The notes: generated from the sequence alone by a model not told the origin. A stretch of DNA of 64,000 nucleotides from Rhynchopus sp. YZ270_cl-10 (GCA_964035575.1 OZ037833.1:1426001-1490000); one strand, 5' to 3'; shown: positions 43,760 through 56,878, counted from the first letter of the stretch. Program-made: numbers and translations.

Positions 43760-43874
43760 CAGATGAGACACAAAGGCCCCTTCAAAAATTATGCTTTCAC
43801 ATAGTGGCTCTTACCCACGGTCATCTTTAGTAAAAGGCGAAAGATGAGTTCGATATGGGCAAGAACCGTGATAT
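43760..43874 (-). ncRNA. U5: U5 snRNA
   Basis: CATCTTT-CGCCTTTTACT-AAAGATG loop I, Sm site AATTTTTG. Confidence 0.94.
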
Positions 43875-44024
43875 GGCTCTGTTTTGTTCTATTGCTGTGT
43901 GCACTTTGCTACACATGGAAGCATGTTGAGAGCGAGGATAGTGTGGTAACTTCTTGATTGATCAAGATGTCCTTGAAGGTGAAAAAAGTAATGTGAAGCC
44001 TTTTTTGAGGTTTTTCTTAAAAAC

Positions 44025-44234
44025 AAGCTGTAAGTGGAAGGGCTGTGCCTGGTACTCTTCCCTGCGCCATACAGGGGAGAGACAAAACAATACAAGAAGT
44101 ATGTGACAATCATCGCAAGTGCTCATGCTGCACATGCCCAACCTATGTCATCATCCAGCTTTGGTCTTGTGCCGAAGAAAACAATCTTCAACACGAATGC
44201 ACTCAAAAACAGATCCTGTGTAGAGTACAGTCTT
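44025..44234 (-). ncRNA. U3: U3 snoRNA, full length
   Basis: AAGACTGTACT..AGGATC, GATGATGA, GAGC, CGATGA, terminal stem AAGCTG/CAGCTT. Confidence 0.88.
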
Positions 44235-44395
44235 GCCCTTGTTTGTTCCACCTATCGGCTGCACAGATGTCTATAGGGAGGCACATTGGCGGTGGTAGTT
44301 TTGGTGTGTTAACTTTACGTGGTGTCTATATGTTACCACCCCAACACACTTCCCTGTGGACATAGCTTTGTGACACGACTGGGAGAAAAGGAGGT

Positions 44396-44537
44396 ATTCT
44401 TGCGCTCGGGATAATTCCATAAGCAATGACCAAATAGGGACGCTGTGGAGAGATTGCTGGTTGAAAACTACCCAATTCCCGCCATGGGCCGCTTCGGCGT
44501 TGCCACATTGGCAATTTGTGTAGCTGCTTCGGCGGCC
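44396..44537 (+). ncRNA. U4: U4 snRNA
   Basis: Same as 7169-7310. Confidence 0.92.
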
Positions 44538-44690
44538 TTGTTTTTACTAATAAGATTGATCATCACCTTCACTTACTTCCCTGTGACATGGGTGTGTAAT
44601 CTGCTTGCCTTGTTGTTTCCTAGTAATATTGATCATAATCATGCTTCCCTGTACATGGGTGTCGAATTCGGTATGGACTAAAAAGAAGTC

Positions 44691-44879
44691 ATACCTTCTC
44701 GGCCTTTTGGCTAAGATCAAGTGTATTATCTGTTCTTATCAGCTTAATATCTGATACAGTGCCTTGTGCACTGATGATATTAACGCAATTTCTCATTGGG
44801 GTGACGGGTCGCCAGGGCAACCTGGTCCGTTCACACATGTTGCCCTGGAGCTGCACAACATCCAGGAGTGGCATACCCT
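44691..44879 (+). ncRNA. U2: U2 snRNA
   Basis: Same as 7464-7652. Confidence 0.96.
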
Positions 44880-44961
44880 CTTTTTTAACAAAACAAAAAC
44901 AAACATACCATACATACCATACATACACAGTGGTTACCACTGTGATGTGGGTTATTAAAAA

Positions 44962-45092
44962 CAGAGGTCGGAGCGAGCCTCTCAATGTCAGAGGCTTCAA
45001 AGCATTTCACGAGAAAACTCGCCCCTGTCCTTCTTCATCACTATCACTTGACCGAACACTCCCTGCAAGGAAGCCTGTAAAAGGCGATGCTT
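44962..45092 (-). ncRNA. Unknown RNA-3, copy 4
   Basis: Same as 75-205. Confidence 0.45.
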
Positions 45093-45142
45093 AGGCAACA
45101 ACACAGACACAGGGGGGGTGCTGGGTGGGAAAATATAAAAAA

Positions 45143-45467
45143 GGGTGCTTGCGTTGTGTGCTGGATCGGGACCACCAGTAAACTGGCAGCCCCACATCCA
45201 GTTCTAATATTTGAAGTGTGAAATAGAACGCAGTCAGAATTAGTGTTACACGCTAATGTAAGAATAATCATCATGGGTAATATTCTGTACGAACGTACGG
45301 GATTTACATCATATGAAAGTAGTTCCGCCTTGGGCCATATCAGGCCCAACAGCAGGACCGCATCATAAAAATTGTAAAGAATTTTCTTAAATAGAAAGGT
45401 CTTTTCAAGTTTTAGCTGTTGCTGAACGAGTTGTTTGGTTTCGAAGTAGCACACTAACTTAGCACCC
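45143..45467 (-). ncRNA. Unknown RNA-1 variant A, copy 4
   Basis: Same as 256-580. Confidence 0.7.
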
Positions 45468-45588
45468 AAACATAGGGAGAGTATGGGAAAACAAGACAGG
45501 GTTGTCTTGTTGGAGGTGGGTCAGGGTGACACACACTTTGTACATGCATCATATGTGTGAATGTTTTTTCTCATGGTGACGTAAAAAA

Positions 45589-45701
45589 GGCCAGTCTCTT
45601 TCGAGGCTGGCCATGTTTGACAAAGTTGTGTGAGAAGAATATAATCTTCATGCTTCCATACCAATGAAGTACAGAAACTGTAGCTTTAGAAATCGTTGGT
45701 T
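45589..45701 (-). ncRNA. SL RNA: Spliced leader RNA
   Basis: 40-nt exon + GTATG. Confidence 0.95.
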
Positions 45702-46008
45702 GCCCTTTTTCTCTACAATGTTCTAAGTGCCAACATGTTCTGGGAATCATGCCATATGTATCATTATTATGGTGGGTTTTTTTTCTAACATAGCCGTAGA
45801 GTGGCTTATAAACATACCTAAGGATGCCCAATGTGCTCGAAAGTCCAAAAATCTTGGGAATACGGGATATTTGGGCTCATTTGAGTCAATTGCGTGGTCG
45901 TACAATTTAATCTGAGCATTACACATATCCTAATCACCAAAATATTCGAAGAACATGGGAATCATGTGTGTTTTTTGGGTTTGCACAAGGTGATGTTAAC
46001 GTAAAAAA

Positions 46009-46120
46009 GGCCAGTCTCTTTCGAAACTGGCCATGTTTTGACAAAGTTGTGTGAAGAATATAATCTTCATGCTTCCATACCAATGAAGTACAGAAACTGT
46101 AGCTTTAGAAATCGTTGGTT
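46009..46120 (-). ncRNA. SL RNA: Spliced leader RNA
   Basis: 40-nt exon + GTATG. Confidence 0.95.
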
Positions 46121-46442
46121 GCCCTTTTTCTCTACAATGTTCTAGGTACCCACTTGTTCTGGGAAGCCTTCTGCCAATGTCTATAATACGGTTGCTTTTT
46201 CGTACCTGACATCTTGGTCACTGTGAAGGTTCTACATAAAAATATCCTTAAGTGTGATCCTACAGAAGGATATTCGACAGAGTCAACAGTGGCTTCTGAA
46301 GGGGAACAAGTGTCACAAATATGGTTTTGCAGGCGATATAAAAATGGGGTGCAGTAAGCACTTGTGTGTTATGTCATGTGTGAATCGTGTGTGTTTTTGG
46401 GTTTGCTTCTTGTGCACAAGACGATCATGCTAACGTAAAAAA

Positions 46443-46554
46443 GGCCAGTCTCTTTCGAGACTGGCCATGTTTGACAAAGTTGTGTGAGAAGATATAATCT
46501 TCATGCTTCCATACCAATGAAGTACAGAAACTGTAGCTTTAGAAATCGTTGGTT
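46443..46554 (-). ncRNA. SL RNA: Spliced leader RNA
   Basis: 40-nt exon + GTATG. Confidence 0.95.
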
Positions 46555-49500
46555 GCCTTTTTTCTCTACAACGTTCTGAGTACAGACGTGTCCTGGGAAG
46601 CATGCCAGTAGTGTAAAAAATATGATGGTTTTTTTGTACCTAACATCTTGTACACTGAGAAGGTTCTGCACAAGTGGAAGCCTATATAAGGATATTCATA
46701 AGAGTCAAAAGGGGCTTCTGAAGGGGTATATGGGTAGTATGAGCTCATATGAATCCATTAAAAGCGTCTATGGCATGATCTAAGCATCACATAATTTCTG
46801 AAATCAATACCAACCACAATTTACGGCTATTTTTCCAGCAATAGCCGTATCATGGCTTATAACCATACCTAAGGATGTCCAATATGCTGGAAAAGTTAAT
46901 AATCTTGGGTGTATAGGGTTTTTGGGCACATTTGAGTCAATTGCGGGGTCTTACGATTTAATCTGAGCATCACACATATCCTAATCACCTATATAATCGA
47001 AAAACACATACAAAATGACCTACATAGCCGTAAAATGACCCAAATGTGCATATTCGGGTTGAAATTTCATTTTTTCGGAAAGTTTTTTTTTCTCAACAAT
47101 TACATGGGTGAGTTCCGAGTACATTATGGGGTCGTAAGTTTTTATTCAAGCATCACACATTATGTAGAATAATTTATGCCATACAATGTTACCAAAAAAA
47201 GTCGATTTTTGGTCACTTTTTCAAAAATATGAAAATTCGATTTTTGGGTACTAGATAGGTCTTTCCGGTGCAAAAACGACCGTTAAATGGATTCTCCGGG
47301 GTCCTAAGGCCCCAAAAATCACTTTTGGACACACGGGCAATATCCCAGTATACCCTAGGAAATTGGTGGGAACCCAAAAATTGGCCTCAAAATCCGACCA
47401 AAACCAAGGTTTCTGTAGAGGTACATGTGAACCTCATGTGTGTTCTGGAGACCCATTTTGTTTTTAAAAGTGAATCTAAATAGCCAAAAATTTAAAACTC
47501 TTGTAGCGCATTCGGAATAGAGGGGGTATTCGCGAAAACCTGTGCGAAACATTTATCAATTCAGGTCTGACCCACATGGTCATGACCCCATATTTTGGGT
47601 GCGGAAAACACCCTATCTGTTGACCTACCGGCTTGTATGCCTGTATACCTGGTTGGGTCAACTTTTTGAAAATTTCCTGGGCCATATACCCTATTTGGGC
47701 CCCCTGAATCCATTGCGACATCGTTTTTTCACATCCGAGTGAAAACTAATATATAGGATAACCCATGGGTATGGGTACCTCGCTCAATACCCCTAAAATC
47801 AGTGCTTTTGAAAATGACCCTATGGAAAAATGTATCCAAAATATTGAAACATGTTCTCCTGGCATCTGCAACACGATATTTTGGGCCCCCTGGGCCCCGG
47901 GGGCCCTACGGGCCCCCATATTCGCGAAAAGTTGGGCATCCCAGCTAGTGGGTCGGTACTGGGTATACAAACATCCCCCCAAAAAGTGAGATTTTGACCC
48001 CCCAAAAATGGCCATTTTTTTACTCCCCGGGACCTTCTCAGGTGTGTATTCGGACCCTCTCGTGGTCTTAAACCGGATTTTTGGGGCCCCCACACCCTGG
48101 AATACCCCCCATAGTGTCGTTTTTTCACCCGCAGGGCCGATTTTTTAGAAAAAATTTGGTTTTTAAGGAACAACATTTACCCTGCGACACCTTGAAAAAC
48201 AGGTGATTTTTGCCTTTTTCAGTTGTGTGTGTGCAGTGCCGAATTCCCCAGGCTTGGTGAAAGTTGTGCCTCCAATACCCCTATGTGGGTTGGAAAAATC
48301 AAATAAAGATAAAATTTTGAGGCAGCCTGGGGGTGTGCTATGGTAAACAATTTGTGTGTGTAAAAATACCCCTAAAAAACACCCTAAAAATGGCTGTTTT
48401 TGGCCTATTTTTGGGGGTCGCCTGAGCTATTTTTTTTATTGTTTTGGCTTTTCCTGGGACCTGAAAATAGGGTCCTGGGCCCAATATGTCCCAATGAGGC
48501 CATTGGAATATCGATTTTTTCCAGATATGGGCCTCCTAGACCGAAATTTTTGATTTTGGTGTTGCAAAAATTTTCGAAAATCCTGAAAAGTGCCCAAAAA
48601 CACGTAAAAACACGTGTATAGGCACACCCTATCGGCCCCCAGCATTGCCCAGGATTGTTGCAAATTTTCCCTGCATGGGGGCCCTCCGGGCCCCCTGGAC
48701 CCATTGCGACCCGATTGGTTCACATTCCTGGGAAATTTGGTCCCTAAGACACATACGTGGTTAACATACCCCTGAAAAACACCCTATTTTTGACCCTAAA
48801 AAACACCCTATTTTTGACCCTGAAAACATGATTTTAGCAAATAGGGCAACTAGTTTGGTGATCCAGCGACCGACTCATGGGCCCAGTATGTCCAACAGGG
48901 CCATATGTTTGGTAAATTTTACCGGGGGCAAGGGGATGTACAAAAAAAAAGTGGATTTTTTACCTTAAAAAAATGGCCAAAAATAGGCCAAAAATGGCCA
49001 TTTTTCGGCCATGTGACCCCCACAGCAACCCTATATAGACCCCAAAAAACCTAATATTTTTTTCCCAGCGATGTGTCCTGGGGGCCCTTCGGGCCCCCAG
49101 GACACATCGCAACCCCGTTTTTTCAAAAAGTTGGCCCTACGGGCCAACTTTTTGAGGTGGCCTGTAGGGTGACCCCTTCAAAAAGCTGGAACCCGGATTT
49201 TGGGGTCAGGGGTCCCTTTATGCACTTTTATGTATAAAAAAATGTCTGGGGCGAGAAAATGCAAATTTTTGCCTGCAAACACACTGCATACTACTACAGG
49301 ACCATATTCCATCTTATCAGGAAAAATTTCGGAGGTGTTAGTCATAAAAACAATTTAAAATTTTTTGAAAAAACATGAGATCTGGATAAAAGTTTTGACT
49401 GTACCTGTGGAAGGTGGGATTTTGCCTGTGTTTTGACTTTTTTTTTCAGTAAATAAACTTCTACTCATCTCCGGAGGCCGTCCGAGGTCGCAATTAACTC

Positions 49501-50216
49501 ATTTTGACACTTTAGGGCCATATACCGCCCGTTTTTTCAAAAAGTTGAAAATTTTGGCCCCCAGGATTGGGTACAGCGTGTACTGAACCCTGATTTTCGA
49601 AAAATCTCAACTTTTGAAATTCGTCACTTATGGCAGCATGTATCTGACACCCAATTTTGACTTTTCCCGTGAATCCATTCTGGTGCATATACACTATCTG
49701 GCACCCCTGAGTCCATTGCGGGGTCGTTTTTTCAAAAAGTCGACCGGACTAATACCTAATATGACCCTGGGTATAGCGTACCGTCTCAGAAACACCCCAA
49801 AATCAGTGTTTTTGAAGGGTTCTCACAGCTAAAATCGATGAAAAAATGTCAAAATCACTTTCCCGTGACCCAATAGCGTGAAATATGGCCCATGTGGGCC
49901 CCCAGGACCTATAACACCCCCAATCGGTCGATTCCATGCATATTTCACACCCCCAGATATATGTGCCCATGGGGTGCCAGACCCCAAAATCATGATTTTT
50001 TCATGATTTTTGGCCCGATGCACTGACCTGCAGGGCCATACCGTCTACCGGGGCAACCATATTTTTGAAAAATCGGCCTTGCATCGGGCCCAGTATGTCC
50101 CACAGGGTATGTTGCCCCAAATTCAGGTCCCCGCACAAGCCAAACCAATATTTTAAAATCGATTTTTTTGAAAAAAATATTTTTGAAAAAAAATCGTGAT
50201 TTTTGGGATTTTGGTG

Positions 50217-51398
50217 ATTTTTACAGTTTTGCACACCCTGAAAATCGATTTTTTCGGCTCCGCCGGTGAAATATCGACATAATTTAGGTATGTTATGTGC
50301 ATAATATACCCATTAGAGCCCATTCAAGTCACATTCCGACCATTTTTCGTGAAAAAATGCAACTTTTTGTCACCGTGACCCCCAAAAATGACGATTTTTT
50401 GGTCGATTTTTTCGGCCAAAAATTTCGTACCACAGGGCCATACCATATACTGGGATTATCAACTTTTTGAAAATACGGCCTGGTATTCGGGTGTATATGT
50501 CCCATGGGGCCCATAGTAACCTTACTGGGTCATGCCCAAAGCCAATCTTAATAGTAAAATTCGATTTTCTGTGAAAAATATTTTCACCAAAAAATCGTCA
50601 TTTTTCCGATTTTCGTCATTTTTACAGTTTTGCACACCCTGAAAATCGATTTTTTCGGCTCCGCCGGTGAAATATCGACATAATTTAGGTATGTTATGTG
50701 CATAATATACCCATTAGAGCCCATTCAAGTCACATTCCGACCATTTTTCGTGAAAAAATGCAACTTTTTGTCACCGTGACCCCCAAAAATGACGATTTTT
50801 TGGTCGATTTTTTCGGCCAAAAATTTCGTACCACAGGGCCATACCATATACTGGGATTATCAACTTTTTGAAAATACGGCCTGGTATTCGGGTGTATATG
50901 TCCCATGGGGCCCATAGTAACCTTACTGGGTCATGCCCAAAGCCAATCTTAATAGTAAAATTCGATTTTCTGTGAAAAATATTTTCACCAAAAAATCGTC
51001 ATTTTTCCGATTTTCGTCATTTTTACAGTTTTGCACACCCTGAAAATCGATTTTTTCGGCTCCGCCGGTGAAATATCGACATAATTTAGGTATGTTATGT
51101 GCATAATATACCCATTAGAGCCCATTCAAGTCACATTCCGACCATTTTTCGTGAAAAAATGCAACTTTTTGTCACCGTGACCCCCAAAAATGACGATTTT
51201 TTGGTCGATTTTTTCGGCCAAAAATTTCGTACCACAGGGCCATACCATATACTGGGATTATCAACTTTTTGAAAATACGGCCTGGTATTCGGGTGTATAT
51301 GTCCCATGGGGCCCATAGTAACCTTACTGGGTCATGCCCAAAGCCAATCTTAATAGTAAAATTCGATTTTCTGTGAAAAATATTTTCACCAAAAAATC
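50217..51398. repeat. 401-bp tandem repeat, ~3 copies
   Basis: Period 401 (50329, 50730, 51131). Confidence 0.95.
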
Positions 51399-51424
51399 GA
51401 CTTTTTTCAAAATATTTCTCAGTT

Positions 51425-53053
51425 AGACAGTGTGTGATGCTCGGATCTGAGCGTACGACCCCGCAATTGACTCAGATGTGCTCAAATACCCCATATACCC
51501 AAGATTTTTGCATTTTCGAGTGAAAAGAAGGTTCGTACAGAGGTCATATGCCTGTGTACAGGTTTATTTGCCTGTAACCCCTATGTTTGAGCACCGGCTA
51601 AGTTGTAGAGAGGGCCTGATACTCGGAATTGACCGTGCGACCCCGCAATTGACTCAGATTGGCCCAAAAACCCTATATACCCAAGATTTCTTCATTTTCG
51701 TGCAAATTTGAGGTATTTAGATATGGTTATATGCATGTTACACCAAAATACAGGTGTTTGTTGCACCTGTAAAATTTGAGACATTGTGTGATGCTCTAAT
51801 CTGATCGTACGACCCCGCAATTGACTCAAAAATGCCCAAAAACCCCATATTCCCAAGATTTTTGCATTTTCGAGCATATATGAGCCATTTAGATATGATT
51901 ATTAGCCATTTTACCCAATATACAGGTGTTTGTTGCATAGCTAAAATTCTAGACATTGTCTGATGCTCGGATCTGACCGTACGACCCCGCAATTGACTCA
52001 GATGTGCCCAAAAACCCTATATATCCAAGATTTCTTCATTTTCATGCGTATTTGAGACATTCAGATATGGTTATATGCATTTTACACCAAAATACATGTG
52101 ATTGTTGCTTTTTTGAAATTCTAGACATTGTGTGATACTCGGATCTGATCGTGCGACCCCGCAATGAACTCAAATGTGCCCAAAAAACCCATATTCCCAA
52201 GATTATTGCATTTTAGAGCATTTTTAAGCTACTTACATGTGGTTATTAGCCATTTTACCCAAAATAGACATGTTTATTGCATAGTTGAAATTCTAGGTAT
52301 TGTGTGATGCTCGGATCTGATCGTGCGACCCCGCAATTGACTCAGATGTGCCCAAAAAACCCATATTCCCAAGATTTTTGCATTTTCGTGCAAATTTAAG
52401 GTATTCAGATATGGTTATATGCATGTTACACCAAAATACAGGTGTTTGTTGCACCTGTAAAATTCTAGACATTATGTGATGCTCAGATCTGATCGTACGA
52501 CCCCGCAATGAACTCAGATGTGCCCAAAAAACCCATATTCCCAAGATTTTTGCATTTTCGTGCAAATTTAAGGTATTCAGATATGGTTATATGCATGTTA
52601 CACCAAAATACAGGTGTTTGTTGCACCTGTAAAATTCTAGACATTATGTGATGCTCAGATCTGATCGTACGACCCCGCAATGAACTCAGATGTGCCCAAA
52701 AACCCCATATTCCCAAGATTTTTGCATTTTAGAGCACATTCTAATTGCTTAGATAGGGTATAAAGGCATTTTGCCCATATTTTTGCGACATTTTACCGAT
52801 TAGGATACTTCTGATGCTCCAATCAAATCGTCCGACCCCGCAATGGATTCAGAATGGCCCAAAAACCCTATATTCCCAAGATTTTTGCACTTTTAAGGGT
52901 TTCTGACATCCTTAGATAGGATAAAGAGGCATTTTCAGGTATTTTGATAAACGGACATTTTGTCTATTAGGATATGTGTGATGCTCAGATTGATTCATCT
53001 GACCTCATAATGGATTCAGGAGCCCCTAAATATGCCATTTTCCCAAAAATTTC
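51425..53053. repeat. ~151-bp degenerate tandem repeat
   Basis: Longer version of 19935-21290. Confidence 0.9.
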
Positions 53054-53398
53054 TCACTTTTGACAATTTTGAAGATTCTCAGAAAGAGTGAGGAGACAAA
53101 AAAATGAGAAAAATCTGGAAAAACCAAAATATATTATTCGTCTCAGGTGTTGAACCCGGGACCGAAAGAATATCGGACCACAGTACAACACACTAGGATT
53201 TTCTGACGCAAGTATTTTTTTAGTTTTTTATGGATGCGCACAGCTAAGAACCGGTCTGACAATTTAGATCTATTTTTCGGTGTATTTATCCAGTTGGTCA
53301 CCCGCGCCAGTACTATCCAGGCTTGGAGGTGTCTAACTTCTCAGGTAAAAACGGACTGGTAATAAGTCTTCCCAGCTTTTCCACCCAGACCTATTATT

Positions 53399-53517
53399 GG
53401 ATTCGGCCATACTCTGGTGAATACACCTCATCCCGCCTGATTTGAGAAGTTAAGCACCAGCAGGCCTGGATAGTACTGGCGTGGGTGACCAGCTGGGAAG
53501 TCCGGGTGCTTGAATCC
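53399..53517 (+). rRNA. 5S: 5S rRNA
   Basis: Copy of 21636-21754 (+31763). Confidence 0.96.
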
Positions 53518-53627
53518 TTTTTCCTTTTCTTCTGTTGTATTAGGTGTGCACATTTGAGGACGTCCAGACCCTGACCCACCTCCAACAAGACGACCCTGTC
53601 TTGTATTCCGATGTTTGCTGTATGTTT

Positions 53628-53957
53628 GGGTGCTAAGTTAGTGTGCTACTTCGAAACCAAACAACTCGTTCAGCAACAACAAAAACTTGAAAAAGACATT
53701 TCTTCCAAGGAAAATTCTTTTACAATTTTGTGTGAAGACCGGTCATGTTGCGGGCCCGATGTGGCCTGCGACGGACTACTCTCATATGATAGTAAATCCC
53801 GTACAATCTGTACAGAATATTACCATGACGATATTATTCTTACATTCGTGTAAACTAATCTTCCGATTGCGTTCTATTTCACACTTCAAATATTAGAACT
53901 GGATGTGGGGCTGCCAGTATACTGGTGGTCCCGATCCAGCACACAACGCAAGCACCC
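53628..53957 (+). ncRNA. Unknown RNA-1 variant B, copy 2
   Basis: Copy of 21865-22194. Confidence 0.7.
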
Positions 53958-54078
53958 AATTTTTTTTGCCGCCCGTCCACAGTCCATGTGTGCACCAGTG
54001 ACCACAAAACAAACCCATAAATAAAAGTTAGGCTGGAAAGTCTTGGGGACCATAAAAGGAAAGCTCAGAAAAAAACCT

Positions 54079-54150
54079 AGGCCGCTGTGGGGATTGAACC
54101 CACGACCCCATCATTACGGATGATGTGCTCTACCACTGAGCTAAACAGCC
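54079..54150 (-). tRNA. tRNA-Thr: tRNA-Thr(CGU)
   Basis: Copy of 22316. Confidence 0.9.
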
Positions 54151-54226
54151 ACATTTTAGGGAGCAAGGTGTGAAAGCTCTGAGAACCAATTTACACAGGA
54201 GAAACAAATCAGAAGAAAAAAAACTG

Positions 54227-54298
54227 TGGACCCTGAGAGGTTCGAACTCTCGGCCTCCCGTATGCGGAACGGGCGCTCTTCCACTGAGCTAAGAGCCC
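54227..54298 (-). tRNA. tRNA-Ala: tRNA-Ala(CGC)
   Basis: Copy of 22464. Confidence 0.92.
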
Positions 54299-54374
54299 CA
54301 CAATTATGATGATTCTTTAAAACAACAAGCTTTGGGCGAAAATAGTTTTAGATGATCACACAACGAAGAAAAAG

Positions 54375-54456
54375 TGACGAGGGTGAGGTTTGAACTCACG
54401 CCCCCGAAGAGACTACGACCTGAACGTAGCGCCTTAGACCACTCGGCCACCTCGCC
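54375..54456 (-). tRNA. tRNA-Leu: tRNA-Leu(CAG)
   Basis: Copy of 22612. Confidence 0.95.
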
Positions 54457-54577
54457 TTACTAGGCTTCTTCGTTAAAAATTTTTTCACCATTGCGGAGGT
54501 ATGAAGGAAATTTTTGATGCGTGCTCTGTACATTTCAAAAGACCCCCTTCAAAGAAAAGAAGATGGAGAGAAAGCAT

Positions 54578-54650
54578 GGCGCTATAGCTCAGTGGTTAGA
54601 GCGCTCGCCCAGTAAGCGAGAGGTCGAGGGTTCGATCCCCTCTAGTGCCT
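54578..54650 (+). tRNA. tRNA-Thr: tRNA-Thr(AGU)
   Basis: Copy of 22815. Confidence 0.92.
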
Positions 54651-54734
54651 TGTTTTTTGTTCACTGTTCTATTTCTAGTCCGTTGTTAGGTCACAAACAA
54701 CCTGTTCACATGTTGTCCACCATGACTCAGTATT

Positions 54735-54853
54735 GGATTCGGCCATACTCTGGTGAATACACCTCATCCCGCCTGATTTGAGAAGTTAAGCACCAGCAGG
54801 CCTGGATAGTACTGGCGTGGGTGACCAGCTGGGAAGTCCGGGTGCTTGAATCC
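54735..54853 (+). rRNA. 5S: 5S rRNA
   Basis: Copy of 22972. Confidence 0.96.
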
Positions 54854-55559
54854 TTTTTACTATTTTTTACTGAAGCACAAAGTTGTTCTGGATTGCTCAC
54901 ACAGGATCAAAAACGCGAAAACGTTGGGAATATGTGTTATTTGGGTGCTCCTGAATGCATTATGAGGTTGGACGATTTGATTGGAGCATCAGAAGTGCCC
55001 TGATCGATTTGGCGAAAATGACCCAGTAAACTGTCTTTTTTGCCTCTATTCTGCAATAGCAAAAATGGCCAAAAACGCAAAAACGTTGGGAAAATGGGTT
55101 ATTTGGGCGCTCCTGAATGCATTGTGATGTTGTAACCACAAATTGGAGTATCACACATATCCTCAGTGAAACATGGAATTTTCCCATTTTTCACCGGATA
55201 TTTCGTAACAGCAAAAATGGTCAAAAACGCGAAAACGTTGGGATAATGGGTTATTCGGCTGCTCCTGAATGCATTATGATGTTGTAAACGCAAATTAGAG
55301 CATCAGAAGTGTCCTAATCGAGGTGGCTAAAATGACCCAGCAAAATGTCATATTCACCGCTATTCTGCAATAGCCAGATCGTCAAAAATGGGAAACTAAC
55401 GGGAAAATGGGATGTTTGGATGCTCCTGAATCCATTATGAAGTCGTAACCGCAAATTGGAGCATCACACATCATGCCCTAATCACTTACTCCCAGTGAAA
55501 ATTTATTTGGGATGTGTGGAATGTACAGGACTTCCCCCTGCACAGCAAAAAGGCAATAA

Positions 55560-55641
55560 CGCGGACGGCAGGATTTGAACCTGCGCGGGCAGAGCCCAAT
55601 GCATTTCGAGTGCACCTCCGTAACCACTTGGATACGTCCGC
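55560..55641 (-). tRNA. tRNA-Ser: tRNA-Ser(CGA)
   Basis: Copy of 23797. Confidence 0.95.
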
Positions 55642-55720
55642 TACTGTTCCTTTGCAACTTCTGGAGGAGTCACGAAAGACGAGGAGAACTGAACAAGATT
55701 CATCGAACAAAAAAAGGCTT

Positions 55721-55793
55721 TGCTCCCGGCGGGGTTTGAACCCGCGATCCCAGGCTCATAAGACCTGTGCCTTAACCACTAGGCCACGAGAGC
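55721..55793 (-). tRNA. tRNA-Ile: tRNA-Ile(UAU)
   Basis: Copy of 23958. Confidence 0.92.
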
Positions 55794-55819
55794 GTCGAGC
55801 CCTTTTATCCCTTGATAAG

Positions 55820-55890
55820 GCGACCGTGGTCTAGTGGCATGATGGACCCCTCCCAAGGGTTCGACCCGGGTTCGATTCCCGGCGGTCGCA
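55820..55890 (+). tRNA. tRNA-Gly: tRNA-Gly(CCC)
   Basis: Copy of 24057. Confidence 0.93.
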
Positions 55891-55940
55891 TAGCCTTTTT
55901 TAAGCCGGGCATGTAGAAAACATTGTTGGAAGTAATTAGA

Positions 55941-56013
55941 AGCAGAGTGGCGCAGTGGTCAGCGCGGTGGGCTCATAACCCACAGGTCATAGGATCGAAA
56001 CCTATCTCTGCTA
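55941..56013 (+). tRNA. tRNA-iMet: Initiator tRNA-Met(CAU)
   Basis: Copy of 24178. Confidence 0.95.
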
Positions 56014-56114
56014 GATAACCTTTTTCGATGAACCCATTTTTTTGACCTGAAAAAAATTTTTTGCACACCAAAAAAAAGTTGGTCAGACCCTTGCCAACAT
56101 CTCACTAAGTTTGG

Positions 56115-56187
56115 GCAGCTATCGTCTAGTGGTTAGGACGTCCGCCTTACACGCGGAAGATCGCTGGTTCAATCCCAGCTAGTTGTA
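56115..56187 (+). tRNA. tRNA-Val: tRNA-Val(UAC)
   Basis: Copy of 24352. Confidence 0.94.
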
Positions 56188-56279
56188 CTTTTCATTTTTG
56201 AATTTCCTTCACAATTTTTTACAGGTGGTGTTGACTGTGATGGGACACTTCCTTAAAGCGAGAAAAGAATATGAAACAA

Positions 56280-56352
56280 GCCCCATTGGCGCAATGGATA
56301 GCGCGTTGGACTTCTAATCCAAAGGTTGTGGGTTCGAGTCCCACATGGGGTA
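56280..56352 (+). tRNA. tRNA-Arg: tRNA-Arg(UCU)
   Basis: Copy of 24517. Confidence 0.95.
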
Positions 56353-56440
56353 ATTCTTTTCTTTGTTTTTTATTTTTCAGATTCGGTGCGATTGAAGACT
56401 TTCTCTGGACGCATTCTTTTTAAAAACAGGCTTCATTGTA

Positions 56441-56512
56441 TCCTCGGTAGTATAGAGGTCAGTATTTCCGCCTGTCACGCGGAAGACCCGGGTTCAATTC
56501 CCGGCCGGGGAA
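56441..56512 (+). tRNA. tRNA-Asp: tRNA-Asp(GUC), intact (empty allele of 24678-28467)
   Basis: Single CAGTATTT, complete cloverleaf. Confidence 0.96.
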
Positions 56513-56615
56513 CTCTTTTTATGTGTTGTGTTTTCTTCTGTTTCTCTCTTTTTCTCCGTTTTGGTTGTCCTTTCTCATCGTTCTCATTTCATTTCTAATA
56601 TAAATCTGTTGGCAA

Positions 56616-56697
56616 GGCAGGATGGCCGAGAGGTCTAAGGCGGAGGACTCAAGTTCCTTTCTCTTCGGAGGCGTGGGTTCAAACCCCACTCCTGTCA
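56616..56697 (+). tRNA. tRNA-Leu: tRNA-Leu(CAA)
   Basis: Copy of 28571 (+28045). Confidence 0.95.
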
Positions 56698-56806
56698 CAC
56701 TTTTTTCCTTCTGTTGTCCAGAATCAATTTTTCAAGGAATCAGTTTTTTCACAATTTGTTTTTTCTGTCCACATTTTTTTGTGACACAAAATCTCGAAAA
56801 AAAGAG

Positions 56807-56878
56807 GGGCTCAGCAGGGAATCGAACCCTGGACCTCTCGCACCCAAAGCGAGAATCATGCCACTAGACCACTAAGCC
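56807..56878 (-). tRNA. tRNA-Pro: tRNA-Pro(UGG)
   Basis: Copy of 28762. Confidence 0.95.
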
